Source: the human T2T-CHM13v2.0 reference genome, Homo sapiens
Reading direction: 5' to 3' (one strand)
Assembly: GCF_009914755.1 (NCBI RefSeq)
Contig: NC_060926.1
DNA length: 64,000 nucleotides
The notes beneath the pieces are model-generated. The model made no database searches. It was not told the origin of the DNA and saw nothing but the letters and a program-made list of their open reading frames with translations. The stretch's first letter is position 1, and every line of letters begins with the position of its first letter. Of the stretch, positions 23,987-38,200 are shown one piece after another. The position numbers were made by a program, and so were the translations under genes.

Positions 23987-26315
23987 TGATATGGTTTGGC
24001 TCTGTAGCCCCACCCAAATCTCATCTCAAATTGTAATCCCCTTGTGTCAGGGAAAGGGACCTGGTGGGAGGTGATTGGATCATGGGGGTGGTTTCCCCTA
24101 TGCTTTTCTCATAATAGAGTTCTCACAAGATCTGGTTGTTTGATAAGTGTGGGCTCTTCCCGCTTCTTTTCTCTCTCTCTCTCCTGCTGCCTTGTGAAGA
24201 AAGTGCTTGCTTCTCTTTCGCCTTCCACCATGATTGTAAGTTTCTTGAGGCTTCCCCAGCCATGTGGAACTGTGAGTCAATTGAACCTATTTTCTTCATA
24301 AATCACCCAGTCTCAGGTAGTTCTTTCTAGCATTGTGAAAATCGACTAGTAAATAAATTGATACCGGGAGTTTGGGGCACTGTTATAAAGATACCCGAAA
24401 ATGTGGAAGTGACCTTGAAACTGGGTAACGGGCAGAGGTTGGAACAGTTTGGAGGGCTCAGAAGAAGAAAGGAGGATGTGGGAAAGTTTGGAACTTCCTA
24501 CAGACTTGTTGAATGGTTTTGACCAAAATGCTGATAGTGATATGCACAATGAACTCCAGGCTAAGGTGGTCTCAGATGGAGATGAGGAATTTATTGGAAA
24601 TTGGCATAAAGGTCACTCCTGCTATGCATGAGATTGGAAGGATTGTGCACCTGCCCTAGAGATCTGTGGAAGTTTGAACTTGAGAGAGATGATTTAGAAT
24701 ATCTGCTAAGCAGCAGTGTTCAAGATGTGACCTTGCATTTCCTAAAAGTCTACGCTCATATGCATGAAGAAGAGATGTTCTGAAATTGGAAGTTATGTTT
24801 AAAAAGGAAGCAAGCATAAAAGTTTGGAAATTTGGCAGCCTGACTACGTGGTAGAAAAGAGAAACCCTTTTTCTGGAGATAAATTTAACCCAGCAGCACA
24901 AATCTGCATCAATAACAAGGAGCCAAATGTTAATAGCTAAGACAATGGGTAAAATGTCTCCAGGGCATGTCAGAGATGCTCACAGCAGCCCCTCCCATCA
25001 CAGGCCCAGAGGTCTAGGAGGAAAAAGTGGTTTCATGGGCCAGTCCCAGGGCCCCACTGCTCTGTGTAGCTCTGGGATATGGTACCCTGTGTCCCAGTCA
25101 TTCCAGCTCTAACCATGGCTAAAGGGGGCCAAGATACAGCTCAGGCCAATGCTTCAGAGGGTGCAAGCCCCAAGCCTTGGCAGTTTTCATGTGGTGTTGG
25201 ACCTGTGGGTGAACTGGAGAGAAGAGTTGAGCTTTGGGAGCCTCTGCCTAAATTTCAGAGGGTGTATGGAAATGCCTGGATGTCCAGGCAGAAGTCTGCT
25301 ACAGGGGTAGAGCCCTCATGGAGAACCTCTAATAGGGCAGTGCAGAGGGAAAATGTGGGGTTGGAGCCCCCACACAGAGTCCCCACTGGGGCACTGCCTA
25401 GTGGAGCTGTGAAAAGAGGCCACCATCTTCCAGACCCCAGAATGGTAGATCCTCTGAGAGCTTGCACTGTGCACCTGAAAAAGCTGCAGGCACTCAATGT
25501 GAAAGCAGTCATGAGGGCTATACTCCACAGAGCCACAGGGGTAGAGCTGCTCAAGGCCTTGGGAGCCCACTCTTGTATCAGTATGGCTTGGATGTGAGAC
25601 ATGGAGTCAAAGGAGACTACTTTGGAATTTTAAGATTTAATGACTGCCCTGTTGGGTTTTGCATTTGCATGGGGCCTGTAGCTCCTTTGTTTTGGCCAAT
25701 TTCTACCATTTGGAATGAGAACATTTACCAAGTGCCTATACCCCTATTACATATTGGAAGTCACTAACTTGCTTTTGATTTTACAGGCTCATAAGCAAAA
25801 GGGACTTGCCCTGTTTCAGATGAAACTTTGGACTTGGACTTTTGGGTTAATGCTGGAATGAGTTAAAATTTTGGGGGACTGTTGGGAAGGCATGATTGTG
25901 TTTTGAAATGTGAGAAGAACACGAAATGTGGGAGAGGCCAGGGGAAAAATGATATGGTTTAACTCTGCTTTGTGGCCCCATCCAAATCTCATCTCGAATC
26001 GTAATCTCCATGTGTCAGGGAGGGACCTGGTGGGAGGTGATGGATCATGAGGGTACTTTTGTCCGTGCTGTTCTCATGATACAGTCCTCACGAGATCTGG
26101 TTGTTTGATAAGTGCATGGCTCTTCCCCCTTCTCTCTCTCTCTTGCTTCCTTGTGAAGAAGGTACTTTCTTCCCCTTCACCTTCCACCATGATTGTAAGT
26201 TTCCTGAGGCCTCCCCAGCCATGCAGAAGTGTAAGTCAATTAAACCTTTTTTTAAAAATATAAATTACCCAGTCTTAGGTAGTTCCTTATAGGAGTGTGA
26301 AAACAGACTATTACA
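23987..26315 (+). mobile_element. Full-length THE1D-type MaLR element (5'LTR 23987-24353, internal 24354-25949, 3'LTR 25950-26315)
   Basis: Two similar LTRs starting tgatatggttt; ~1.6-kb THE1/MST-type internal region (ggaacagtttggagggctcagaagaaga...); polypurine tract before the 3'LTR; internal ORF broken into fragments. Confidence 0.93.
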
Positions 26316-26511
26316 AATGCTTATTAGTTTTATTAATAATAGTAAGGCCATTGTATAAAACAGGCATCCACACACGTGGAAATAAATCAATATAGGAAAG
26401 GGAAAACCAACAAATAGGAATGACTAACAGACAATTAGTTTCCACGCATCAAGAGTATGAGAGCTTTGTGAATTTGGCAAAGCTGGATTTGGATGTTTCT
26501 GTCTTTGCTTA

Positions 26512-26955
<444 letters not shown>

Positions 26956-26964
26956 TTACAAACT

Positions 26965-27382
26965 TACTGTGGTTTGGTGTGTTTTACTTCTTCTAATCTC
27001 ATGTTGAAATCTGATCCCCAATGTTGGAGGCAGAGCTTAATGGGAGATGTTTAGGTCATGGGGATAAATCCCTCATGAATAGATTAATGTGTCCCTGGAG
27101 GAGTGGTGGTGAGTCTCACTCTATTAGTTCTCTTGAGAACTGGTTGTTAAAAAGAGCCTGGTACCTCCTCTCTCTCTCCCTCTCTCGTCATGTGACCTGT
27201 ACACACCTGCTCCCCTTCACCTTCTGATATGAACAGAAGCAGCCTGAAGCCCTAACCAGAAGCATGTGCTTGTGCCATGCTTCTTGTACAACCTGCAGAA
27301 CCATGATCCAAATAAACTTCCTTTCTTTATACACTACCCCGCCTCAGATATTTCTTTCTAGCAACACAAGTAGACTAAGACA
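26965..27382 (+). mobile_element. MSTB-like MaLR solo LTR
   Basis: ctcatgttgaaatctgatccccaatgttggagg...ccctcatgaat...catgcttcttgtacaacctgcagaacc...gactaagaca. Confidence 0.88.
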
Positions 27383-28374
27383 GTAAGCAAGGAACACGTG
27401 TAGAATCCAAGCACTGTGGCCAGGTTTTATACAGGTTTCTAAAAGGCTTCTGCTAGAAGTAGAGGTGCTATCATCTAATCACTAATTCTGCTGCACAAGG
27501 AAACGATAAGCTCTTCTTTCCATGACCTATCAGTTAATAGGACTCAGGCTGCATTGTGCTTTTTCTTTTCTGAGGTATCCTATCATTGATGTTCACATTT
27601 ATTCTTACTAGACTAAGATTAATCTCTCTCAGTAATGTTTAGGAAGATGACTGCCTGTAGGAGCCCCTCAGTGTCTCCCCTATATTCTCTAACACAGCTT
27701 CTCCAGTGTCAGAAGATCTGAAATAGTTTCCACTTTCCTCTACTGCTGCCATATTTCCCTGACGTTTTCTGTACCTTATTTCCCCTACACTCCTGCACTG
27801 TGTAACTGCTGAATCACAAACACTTCCCCCAGGATGGTCAGCAAAACCACAGCTTGTCTTATTATCTGTTGCTCTTTGCTTTGGGTCTGTTGAAAAATCA
27901 GTGCAAGAAATGATGTTCTCTCCACTGCTAGCAGATGTCCCATGCTGAGACCCATGACTGGACCTCCTTTGTTTCTCCTTTGCAAAGCTATCTTTTTCCT
28001 GTGCCTGCCTGTCTCCCACCTGTTGGCCCTCTTAGAGGATACTCATCTACCAGCCTAGGTGAAACTCAAAGCTTCTGTGACAATGACAAAAATATATACA
28101 ATATTATTTACAGAGAAACATTTGTTCATAACAATTCTGCTGCAAGCTTCTTGATCTTTGTGATTTCATCAACATCATTTTCCTTCTTAAGCCTCACTGG
28201 CTTCCTTTCTGATCCCTGAACTTGACCAGGCATCCCTGTCTTTGGACTCACTGTCTGTTCTCTCTTCCCTCCGTTCTCTCACCATCCTTCCCTCTGCATG
28301 TCTGCCAACTTCTTGTCATTAGAATCTTAGCTTAAAAGCTTTCCTAGAAGATGCCCTCCCTCTAGGGCTGGGTC

Positions 28375-29319
28375 AGAGAATGTAAAAGATGTGCCTGGAA
28401 GACCTTGTGGTGCCAGAAAGTAAGGAAGTATCTAATGATAGAGACATGTCCAGAGGACACAGGGTCTAGCACAAAGGAACTTCCACTTGGACATTCAGAT
28501 AATCAAGATAAATAATAGTAAACAATTACAAGACACTAAATAAAATGAGAACCTAAGAGTCCACGCTGACATAAATAAATCCAGAAAGGAATTGGGAAAC
28601 ACAATATAGAAGGAAAGATGGGATTAGAAATTAATATTTGGAAACGATCATAATAATAATTGATTCAGGCAAAAATTATAGGAACTATGATTATAGACCT
28701 GGGTGAAAGTTTGAGAAGTAATGGTATTTATAAACTATCTCCCCACAAAATATTTACTAATGCAAAGGGAAAAATAGTAATTTTACAATAAAGAAACATG
28801 TCAGATACTACCTTAGCCAAGTGATCAAAATTCACATCATTAGTAATGGGACAAATTGACATCACGTGCCCCTTAATAGGATGCCCAATATTGCCTAATG
28901 GTATTCCTGCCAAAAGTGAAGACTCTCAATCTAATCATAAGGAAACCAGTCCAGAAAAGGATTGTCTTGTTACTCTTCAAAAATGTAAAGGTCATGAAAC
29001 ACAGGAAAGATTGAGGGACTCTGCTGGATTAAAGGAGACTAAGGAGACATGACAACTGAATGCCACACAGATTCCAGGGTTTTGTTTTGCTGAAAAAGAC
29101 ATTATTTGGAAAATCAATCAAAACTGAAGAAAGTCTGTAGGTTAGGTAAGAGTATTGCATCAGTGCTAGTTTCCTGATTTTGATAATTATAAGGTTGCTA
29201 TGTAAGAAAATGCCCTTTCAGAAAATGCAAATTTAAGTATTTAGAGGAAAAGGGGCATTATGTCTGCAATTTGCTCTAAAATGGTTCAAGAAAGAGAAAG
29301 CAAATATGTTTGTATGTCT

Positions 29320-29363
<44 letters not shown>

Positions 29364-29500
29364 AACAGAGAGAGAGACAGAGAAACAGAGAGAAGGTTAT
29401 TATGGTGAAATTTCAACACTGGGGAATTTGGGTGAATAATTCTAATCTTGAAACTTTTCTGTAGGCCTGACAAGTCATGAAAATTGAAAAGTTAAAAGAA
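28375..29500 (+). mobile_element. L1MC3/L1MC4-like 3' end inserted into an L2
   Basis: gtggtgccagaaagtaaggaagt...ccttagccaagtgatcaaa...ttcctgattttgataatt...; ends in an A-rich tail near 29490-29513; L2 fragments flank it (~28190-28370, ~29520-30375). Confidence 0.75.
29319..29392. repeat. Compound (TG)13(AG)n microsatellite
   Basis: Read directly from the sequence. Confidence 0.95.
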
Positions 29501-31934
29501 GAAAAAGAAAAAAGTTTTTCCCTGGTCACTTAGTGACTTTACATATCCTATTTCAGTTCTCTTCATGCCAGCTGTCACTACTTGATATGATTCCTGCCTT
29601 CTACATTGCTAGTTTATCTGTATGTTTTTTGCCTTCCCCACTAAAAGGTAAGCTCTCTGAGACAAGAAACTTGCATATCTTACCTTTGGTATAAATCACC
29701 ACTAAAACATTCTATTTCTGACCCAAAGTTTTCTTAACTATCTCACTCCATTTAGTATTGTCATCCCAGGTTAAGCTAAACTCAGGTCTTCGATGGAAGA
29801 ATTTGAGATCCTTCTAAACGGGTTCTCTATTTCCATTCTTCCTCTAGTGTAGTTTCCTAGCAGCTATAGTCATCAATATATGTAAATCAGGTTCTCTTTT
29901 TTAAAAAAGTCCAATGGCTTGCCTTCAGAATTAGAATGAAACCCAAAGTCTAAACCACGGCCTATGAGACCCCCAGCCTCCACTTAGATTTTCTATTCTG
30001 TTATTTGTCATTTTTCTGGCTCAGTTTTACATAAATTGCTATTTCCTGTGCCTCAAACACTTCTTTCCCACAAGTTCCCCAATTCACTGATACCCCTGGC
30101 TCAGATATCCCCTCTATCACTCCTTCTGATATATTTAAATAGCCTCCCTTTCCCTACCAAACTAGTTCTTAATCATTTGAAAGTAAGTTGCTCCTTTACC
30201 TCTAAATACTTTTTCTCCCATTATAACCTGAAATGCCATTTAATGTGTATTCATATGGCTGCTTGTCTCCCATACATGAAGTGTAGTCAGAGCAGAAATT
30301 TTGTCAAACTGTTGAACACTTTATCCCCAGCCTAGGCACATAGTAGGTAATAAATTAATTTGTATTAAATGAACCAACATGTAATGTTTACTGTAGATAG
30401 TAGATATAATAATAGAATGCTTATAAACATGTAATATCTTCTTTAGGAAGGCAATTTTTATACCCACTGAGGTGGGACTCAGACTTTTTGATTAGTTGGC
30501 TATAAATGTATTAATGGTAATCACAGATGCTCTTAAGACCTGCTCTAATCCTGTAACCACAGTGTCATATAATTACCTCTGTCTAGGTTGTCAGGCTTTA
30601 AAAACCTGTTGCTATCCCACGGCCACAGGTCTTGTTTGGTTAGGCCCATCACCCAGGACTAGTCAACCCGGGTTTAGGCCAAGAACTGGCCACTTGCGGC
30701 CATCACAATTTCATGATTTCTACTAACACTCCAACATCTCTCAGAATGTTCTTGGCATTCTGTGAGAGGTTCATTATTTTGCCTCCATGGTTTGGGGCTG
30801 ACAGAAATAGTCCCTGTGGCAAGCAGCACAACAGTATAACTTCCTTAGAAAACAACAGGCCATTTTCTCTATGGCCTTTCTTCATTCCTCTCTCAGAAAT
30901 TTTTCCCACATTGATGGCAGTAGGACAAACATCTGTGCTTAATGTTCAAAAGCCACGGCTTATATTCAACCTTCTGTAATCCTAGTGGGGGTAAAATATA
31001 AACTGGTAGCACCTGAAATCCTTCAACTCCTTCCTGTCCCATTACTTTATTTTACGGGCCCATGTACATCGGGATCTCACAGCCTGGTTCTGCTAATGAT
31101 CAGACAAATACACACTTTCCTAAGGAGTCAGGATGGCATATTGGAAAGAGCATAACTTTAGAGTCATGCAGATTTGGTTTCTAACCCTGGTTTTACTACT
31201 GTTTCTAACAAGTGACCTTGGATAAGTGACTTAATCTCAGTGGCTTTTCGATTTTTCAGAGGCTTTAACTTCTGCCTCAGAAGGATTTGGGGAAGATTAA
31301 AAGAGGAAACAGATGTGTGCCACCCAGCATGGAGTCTGACACATAGTCAATGTCCATTGATTATAACATGCCCATTGCATTAGCCTGGCACATAGAAGGA
31401 ATTCAACACATATTTTCAGGATGAATGGGTGAATAAAGGCCTGAAAAATGTGAAGTTCATGTGCGTTCCTCTTGCCACTAGTTCTGGACCCATTCCATCC
31501 CCCAAATTTTCACAAGAATAGAAGTGATAATGTACACTGAAATTCATCAATGTGAATGATTTTAAATTGCTTCATATTTACTCACATCCATTGCCAGAAA
31601 GGTTTTAGGGATAGACTAGCTCACAGAGATAAAACAAACAAAAAAAAACAAAGAGAAAGCAATACAATTTATTGTCCATTAGCAAAAGCCTTATTTCAGT
31701 TGGAAAGCTGAATGTCCTAGCAGGTGGCTCTTCCAGAAAGAAAACCACAATAACAACTAATCCACAATTAAATTAAAATGAGATCTTCATTAATATATAA
31801 AGCTAGGGCTGTCCATCACTGTCACTTATTTTACTCTGAGCTGTTTGATATCTAAAGACTACTTGTGTAAACCGAATTGATAACCAGGTCATTATACCAA
31901 CTAACTGGGGCAATCACGCTCCCTGATCCCATTG

Positions 31935-32380
31935 TTTATGGCAGAGACTTATGGATACTCCTTCAAATCTATATCGTCTTATTTATCCTGAGCACACAGC
32001 TAGACTACATTTCCCAGGCTTCATTGCAGTTAGTTATTGCTACAGACTAAATACTAACTAGTCAATGCAAAGTGAGTAAAAATGAAATGCATCACTTTCA
32101 GGTACGGTCCATTGAAACCTCCTGCTAACCATGCCCACATTTCCCTCTTTCTGGCTAAAAGAATACAGACAACCTCAGGGTAACCTTAGAAACTACATGG
32201 TGAAGATGGCTGCACTTCTCTAATCCTGAGTTCCTGAATGCCTTTGTAGAGGTCAACAATTTCACCAACCTATTTATCTATGTATCTGCCTTGTTATGTG
32301 AGCAAGAAATAAACTTCTATTATATTGAATCATAATACATTTGGTGGTCAATCTGTTATGGAAATTATTCTGCTCTATGA
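31935..32380 (+). mobile_element. MLT1I/J-like old MaLR LTR
   Basis: cacacagctagactacatttcccag...tgtgagcaagaaataaacttctatt. Confidence 0.7.
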
Positions 32381-32973
32381 ATACACTGAAAAGAAACAGG
32401 TTTTCTCTATCAATCACCACCCCCAGAAGTGAAAGAATTATAAAAGCAACCAATATCAAAGTGGGTACTCAGCATATACATAATCCTTCAGTTGTTTTTA
32501 TCTTAGAATTCCTTATCCTTACAACACTTTCAGACCAAATTTAGAAATTTTCCATCAGCATTTGTTTTCTCACATTTTATAGTGCCTCAATACATATTAC
32601 ACTGAGCATTATTTAAACTAATACTAAGATAATTATTCATAATCATTTCCACATTTCTGTGATCAATCCTAAGAGTTGCTTCCTTAAAAATTTTGCAACC
32701 AATACGTGTTTTAAGAATCTTTATACTCTTCCTTCACTCCATCTGATGAATTACTTGAAAGCAGGGACAAAGTATTTTATCTATGAATGTCCAGTACATA
32801 GAACAATGCCTGGCATATAGGGGAGCACTCAGCAGGTATCAAGCTCCCTGCAATTAGAGAAGCATAGCCATAGGAAATATATTTTATTATTAACTCAACG
32901 TTTCTATACTTTTAGTCAATCAATGCCATATAATGTATATAAAATGGTCACACAGTAATAATGCAAACTTTAA

Positions 32974-33099
32974 ATTTATGCCTAGTGTTCCATTATTGGA
33001 ATGCTAAGCATGTTGGAGTTATTTATATCCTACTGCTCAAGGTCATCCCCAAGGTCTGATTTTGCAGTTCAAAAAATTGCAAACTCAGGGATAAATGGA
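32974..33099 (+). mobile_element. MER85 (piggyBac/PGBD3-derived MITE)
   Basis: atttatgcctagtgttccattattggaatgctaagcatg...cctactgctcaaggtcatc...aaaaaattgcaa...ataaatgg; TTAA on both sides (32970-32973, 33100-33103). Confidence 0.93.
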
Positions 33100-34939
33100 T
33101 TAAAGAACAGGATAAATGAAACAAAAGAAATGGCCTCTCCTCTTAATAATAATCTCCAGGAAAGGCACAACACCATAGTGGTACTGATTTGCAGGAGGCA
33201 ACCCCAGTAAAGGGCATGAGCCAAATGGAGGAAGATTCTAGCCTCCTCTGGTTTTGTGCCCAGTGTATTTGCACACCTTGCTAGTTCTAGTGTTGTTCTT
33301 AAAGGCTATTTTAAGACTCAGCAGCTGTAAGTCTTTTTTTTTTTTAAAGAAGCTTTTCTAAGCCTTTTTGTTGCACAAAGAAAAAGCTGTTTCTCAAAAA
33401 ATAAAGAGTTGCTGAAAGCCAGAAGCTTTTGATTTAATAGAAAACTCCAAACTCATCAATTTTAATCAATGCTTAATTGGGAAATCTCAGGATCTTAGGT
33501 TTTGTATATTTCTTAACATCCAATGTTTTGAAGATTATTTAATTAAATCAGCTAACCTGAAAAAGAAATAATAAAGAGTCAAGGAGAAAATACAGAGAAA
33601 TGTCTCAGGGCTTACATAGAGGATTCTTTTATTCATTGCAAAAGCTGCAGGTTCACAGGCCTGTAATCCAAGGAAAATTAGTTCATTCATCTTTAACCAT
33701 AGGCATAGATGTGCCTCTCATATTTTTACCCTACGTACACTAATTCATAACTGTCAATCAACTTTTAAAACCTTGATTATGTCTGATGGTCTTGGTGAGG
33801 TTAGCTGGCCACATTATAAAATCCTACTAAAAATCATTATATTTCCTTCAATGTCAATGCTCACCACCTAAATGGAATCTTCATTTCAAATTCATACTCC
33901 CTGTTCACTACAAGTCAATATGAGGGGTTTTGTAATTATTGTGAAAGTAATATACACTTATATGAAAGTTTTTAGAGAAGAGAAATAACCAATTTCAATT
34001 AGTAAAGCAATTGAAATTCATAAGTTTCCTTAATCTTCTTGAAAGTTTTAGTAGTTTATGTTCCTTATTTAATATGGCAGAAAATTTATTCACTAACTTC
34101 TAAAACATTTCGGATTTTGTACAGGAGCTCAGCCTTGACTACAAATGACTTGCACATCTACTCCAACTGTTCAACTTAGTGACTACATGCGGATGTCACT
34201 GTATTTTCAATCTGCTTTTGAAAGCAAAAGTTATCATGCTTGACCTTGTATTATGTACACATACTGTTTTATTTTTTGTTTGATGAGGTTTTACTACTGT
34301 TTCTTTGTTTAATAAAAAATTTATCTCTAACATTTTGTGTTAGGTGATTAAAAATTACATCTCCTAGTTTCACATTTTAAAATCTGTAAGTTGTAGAATA
34401 AAACATTTCCCTCTTACCCCTTTTTCTAATCCATTGTCCCCACTTCCCAGGTACCTGCTACGATTCATTTCTTGCATATTCTTCCAGAGCTTCTTTGTGC
34501 ACATACAAACAAATGCAAAATACCTATTATTATTTCTGCATTTTTGACATGAATGTTCACAGGCTCTACATACTCTTTGGTATCTTTATTCTCATCCTTA
34601 TGAAGGAACACTTTGAATATTACTCATAATATCTGAAACTTTCTCCTCCAGATATTTTTAATAACAAAATTATTTAAAGAAGAAGAAAACAATGAAAAGC
34701 AAAACACTGTATAAAAGGCAAAAAAGGAAGTGAAATTCTAATGTTGAGACAGAGCAAAAAAACTCTTGGCAGGCAGGCACCTACACGATGATTCCGCCTC
34801 TTCCACCAGCTGCTGGCTCCCTTAGATGAACCACCAAGGTTAATTTTTTAAATTAAGGTATAAACAAGAAGCACATTTGTTAAAAAGCCATCTAACAAAT
34901 ATTGGATGGGCATCTACCTACTTTGTAACAGTCCACTGC

Positions 34940-35300
34940 TAAGGAAGATTACAGTAGAATAAATGGAAAATCTCTTCTCACAGAGTTTATATTCTAGTGG
35001 GAGGAGTTGAATTACTTGAGATGGGTGGTGAGGGAAGGTCTCTGTGTGGGCAATATTTCAGCTAGTTCATCGGGAGACCTGTGGGCAGATAGTGTCTGGT
35101 GAAAAGAATCATGAAAGTTAAGGAGACAAATAAAATGGCAGCAGTGCTTAGGAAACAAGATTGAGAAGCAGGCACTGTCCAGCTCTGATAGGAATTGTGG
35201 TTCTTGTCAAGGAGGTAGATTCTTTCACAAGCGTGATGGGAAGCCATTGGATGTTTTTAAAGCGGGAAATGACATGTCCTTATTTTCTCTAGGATCATGT
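34940..35300 (-). mobile_element. L2 fragment
   Basis: tcacagagtttatattctagtggg...agggaaggtctctgtg...gatgggaagccattgga...gacatg. Confidence 0.65.
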
Positions 35301-38116
35301 TCATAAATGAACTCCTTATGATACTTTTGGTAATTGAGTTTTCATGTACAGGATTTGAGATAGAAAAAGAAAGTCTTATTAATGTGACTTTCCCAAGAAC
35401 CTGTAGAGAAGGCAAGACTCACATCACCTTTCCCTTATAAATGCTGATGAAATTTAACAATCTAACCTCTATCCCCTCCATCGTCAGGGCCTCTCTGATT
35501 GTTTCATAAAATGCTGTAATCCAATCATGTTTGAATCTTGGCATCTGCTATGATCAGTCATTTTGACTATCACAGTAACTCTTTATCCATTAGCTTTTCA
35601 GATAGGGAAAATTAAGCTGTAAACTTATAGATCAATAGAAATGATCTAGAGGTTTATGTCTCATATTCTACAGAAATTGATATACTTATGGTGATTTAAA
35701 AAACTCAGTGGTTCTCTAAGAACCAAGAGTCACATTATTGAATCAGATCTCTTTAGAAAATCTAAACTTTTCTATTTTACTACATATCTAGCAAATAAAA
35801 GATATCCATGAAATAAAGTGTAGGGATTTTATTCCTAGGAAAGGATGATTTTCAGTTTGCTGATAAGATAAACATTACTGGAATATGCTTGTGTTGATAA
35901 TAAAGATATGCCTCCATAAGTCAGTCTAGAGCAAAAGGACCCAAAGGCATGTATTCCTCAAGACAAAAAACAATTCAAACTATTTTCCAATAATGGGAGA
36001 TTTATTTATCATCTCTGAATTTCTATTAGTTTGCTAATGATAGCATTTCTTCTGCCAAATAGTGTAGCAATTAAAAGCATTAAGATAAGTTAAGGTAAAA
36101 TCTGTACATGTACATGTATACCCTTCTCTTCCAAATATTAGATTATGTTTTTAGGTAGAAGATCAAATTGAATGCAATGCTTCATTCATAAGGCAGTATG
36201 GCAATGTAGTTATAGAAACCAATAATTTCTAGTCCTTGACATCTGCAAGGCTGTGTATGTGTATGTATTCACTCATTTAAGCTGATATTGTTTCTACTAT
36301 GACTCGCACACTGTGGTAAGCACTGGAGCACAGCAGTGAATGAGACAGACAAGACCCCTACCACCATGTGGCTTACATTCTAGTGAAACCACATTATGAA
36401 ATGTATTGCTCATGCAAATTGCACATGTACATTTGTCCTATATTTCTTTTCATTCCATACTTAAAATTAAAATACTTCAAAAAAATTGTAGTCATCATTC
36501 TACCCCACTTTAGTTTGATAGGCTCCAATCTCTTAAGAATGAAAAGATATGTAGGCTTATAATAGTTGATAAATACATTTTTAAAGAATATGTTCAAAAA
36601 TTTTGTAAGTATCTAAAAATGTCCAAGCAAGAAGTTCAGTGGATTTAAAATATCTTGAGATGTTCCCCCTCCCTGCTCCTCCATTTGTGTTTTTTTAAAA
36701 AATTCCTTACATAGACATATCTATAAGTATATATGGAACAAGATAATGACTATTTTTATATCAGGTACGAAAAGCATAAAATTAAATCCCTAAAGACAAG
36801 CACCATTTTCATGGATTTGTTACAGTTTTAGAGTCATGTTTAACAGTTTGTTTTTTAACCTGTTTGTGCTCCCTATTCTTCCCTTACTGTCACCTTTTCT
36901 CAAAGGTGAGGTAGGAGGAGAGAAGAAATACAAAAGATGTGGTGTTTTTTTTTTCCTTTTTAAAGAAAAAAGATGAACCTTTTTCCATGACAATGACTTA
37001 TCTGGCCTCAGTCTAGACCACCCTATAAACAAAATGATCAATTGATTCTAACGGCAATAAGATTTTTCTCTGGCCACTGAGTCTGATCTCAATGTATCAC
37101 TCGATCAAAACTTCCAAAACAATTATTGAATTATAACAGGTACTGGTCTTAGGTCACCACAGCCTACAAACTCAACTCCATCTGCATCTTCACCACAGAT
37201 GCCATGAGAAATGTGGAGTCCACACGTTAGATTTCCAGTTCCTACACTACTTGATGTTATATTGAGAATATATATATATAAATATACATGCAAACGCAAG
37301 CTGACTTTCCTTCAGAACGGTAGCTAAATACGTGACACAAACCAGTATTGGTATCATAAATAGTAACATGACTAGAAACTTCTCCAACACTCAAAGCAGC
37401 AGAGGAATTCTTATTCAAAGGCGTGTCTTAATGTCCTCAGACTTTTCAGATGACCTCCAAATGCACTGTGAATTATTGAAGAGGAGGCCTTCCCCAGTTT
37501 CCTAATGAGTCAGGGTCAGGTATCAGCAGGATTAAGAGTAGAAGGGCAGAGAACCTGAAAAACTACAACAGCAACACACTATCAAACCAAATTCTTTGGA
37601 GAAAACAATAAGGATGCAGGTATAAGTCACTACCAACTATTCATGTCTATCAATTTTCTTAATCTCCCTATACCCAGTTTAGAAAAATACTTTCCCATCA
37701 ATCAAAATAGATCACTTAATCCATTCATATGCATGGGAGTTTGCTCCTTGACTTGGAAAGAAGAGAGAAGGATCTGGTGATGAGAGATTAGGAGAGGAGT
37801 GAGAAGGTTTAGACTTCATCTCTCACTGTGAATGGCGGAATTGTTCTAACTAACTACAGTAAGAGGAAAGCAGAGGCCAACGTTAATAGTGTTACTCAGA
37901 GATTTCATGTAGAACTAGTTAGAGGGTCATCTCTAGGGTCTTTAACTGAGTGTGGAAGAACACAAATCTCTTTCAGTCTTGCATATGTCCTGTGATAACT
38001 GAGTACCTAGAGTTTGGGAAGCTTTGGGGGCACCCAGGGACATTGGAATTACCAGCACCATGGCCATGGAGAGTTTCCTAAAGAGTGTCAGTAGGGATGA
38101 ACACGTGGAAGATAAA

Positions 38117-38200
38117 GCCAGAGATAGTACTAGGACCAAGTCAGTGACTCCTGCTGCCAGAGAAAGCACGAGGGCCAAGTCAGTGACTTCTGACGCCAGA
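38117..38200. repeat. 39-bp tandem duplication (2 copies plus 6 bp)
   Basis: gccaga recurs at 38117, 38156 and 38195; both units contain ccaagtcagtgact. Confidence 0.9.

Noticed and set aside
24449-25767. ORFs up to 172 aa in the THE1 internal region
   Set aside because: Frameshifted remnants of the MaLR internal ORF; no intact gene
27639-28219. 126-aa and 94-aa ORFs
   Set aside because: No recognisable homology, no splice support, lengths within chance
38117-38200. CRISPR-like or regularly spaced array
   Set aside because: Only two units, the intervening sequence is also homologous, and the context is eukaryotic
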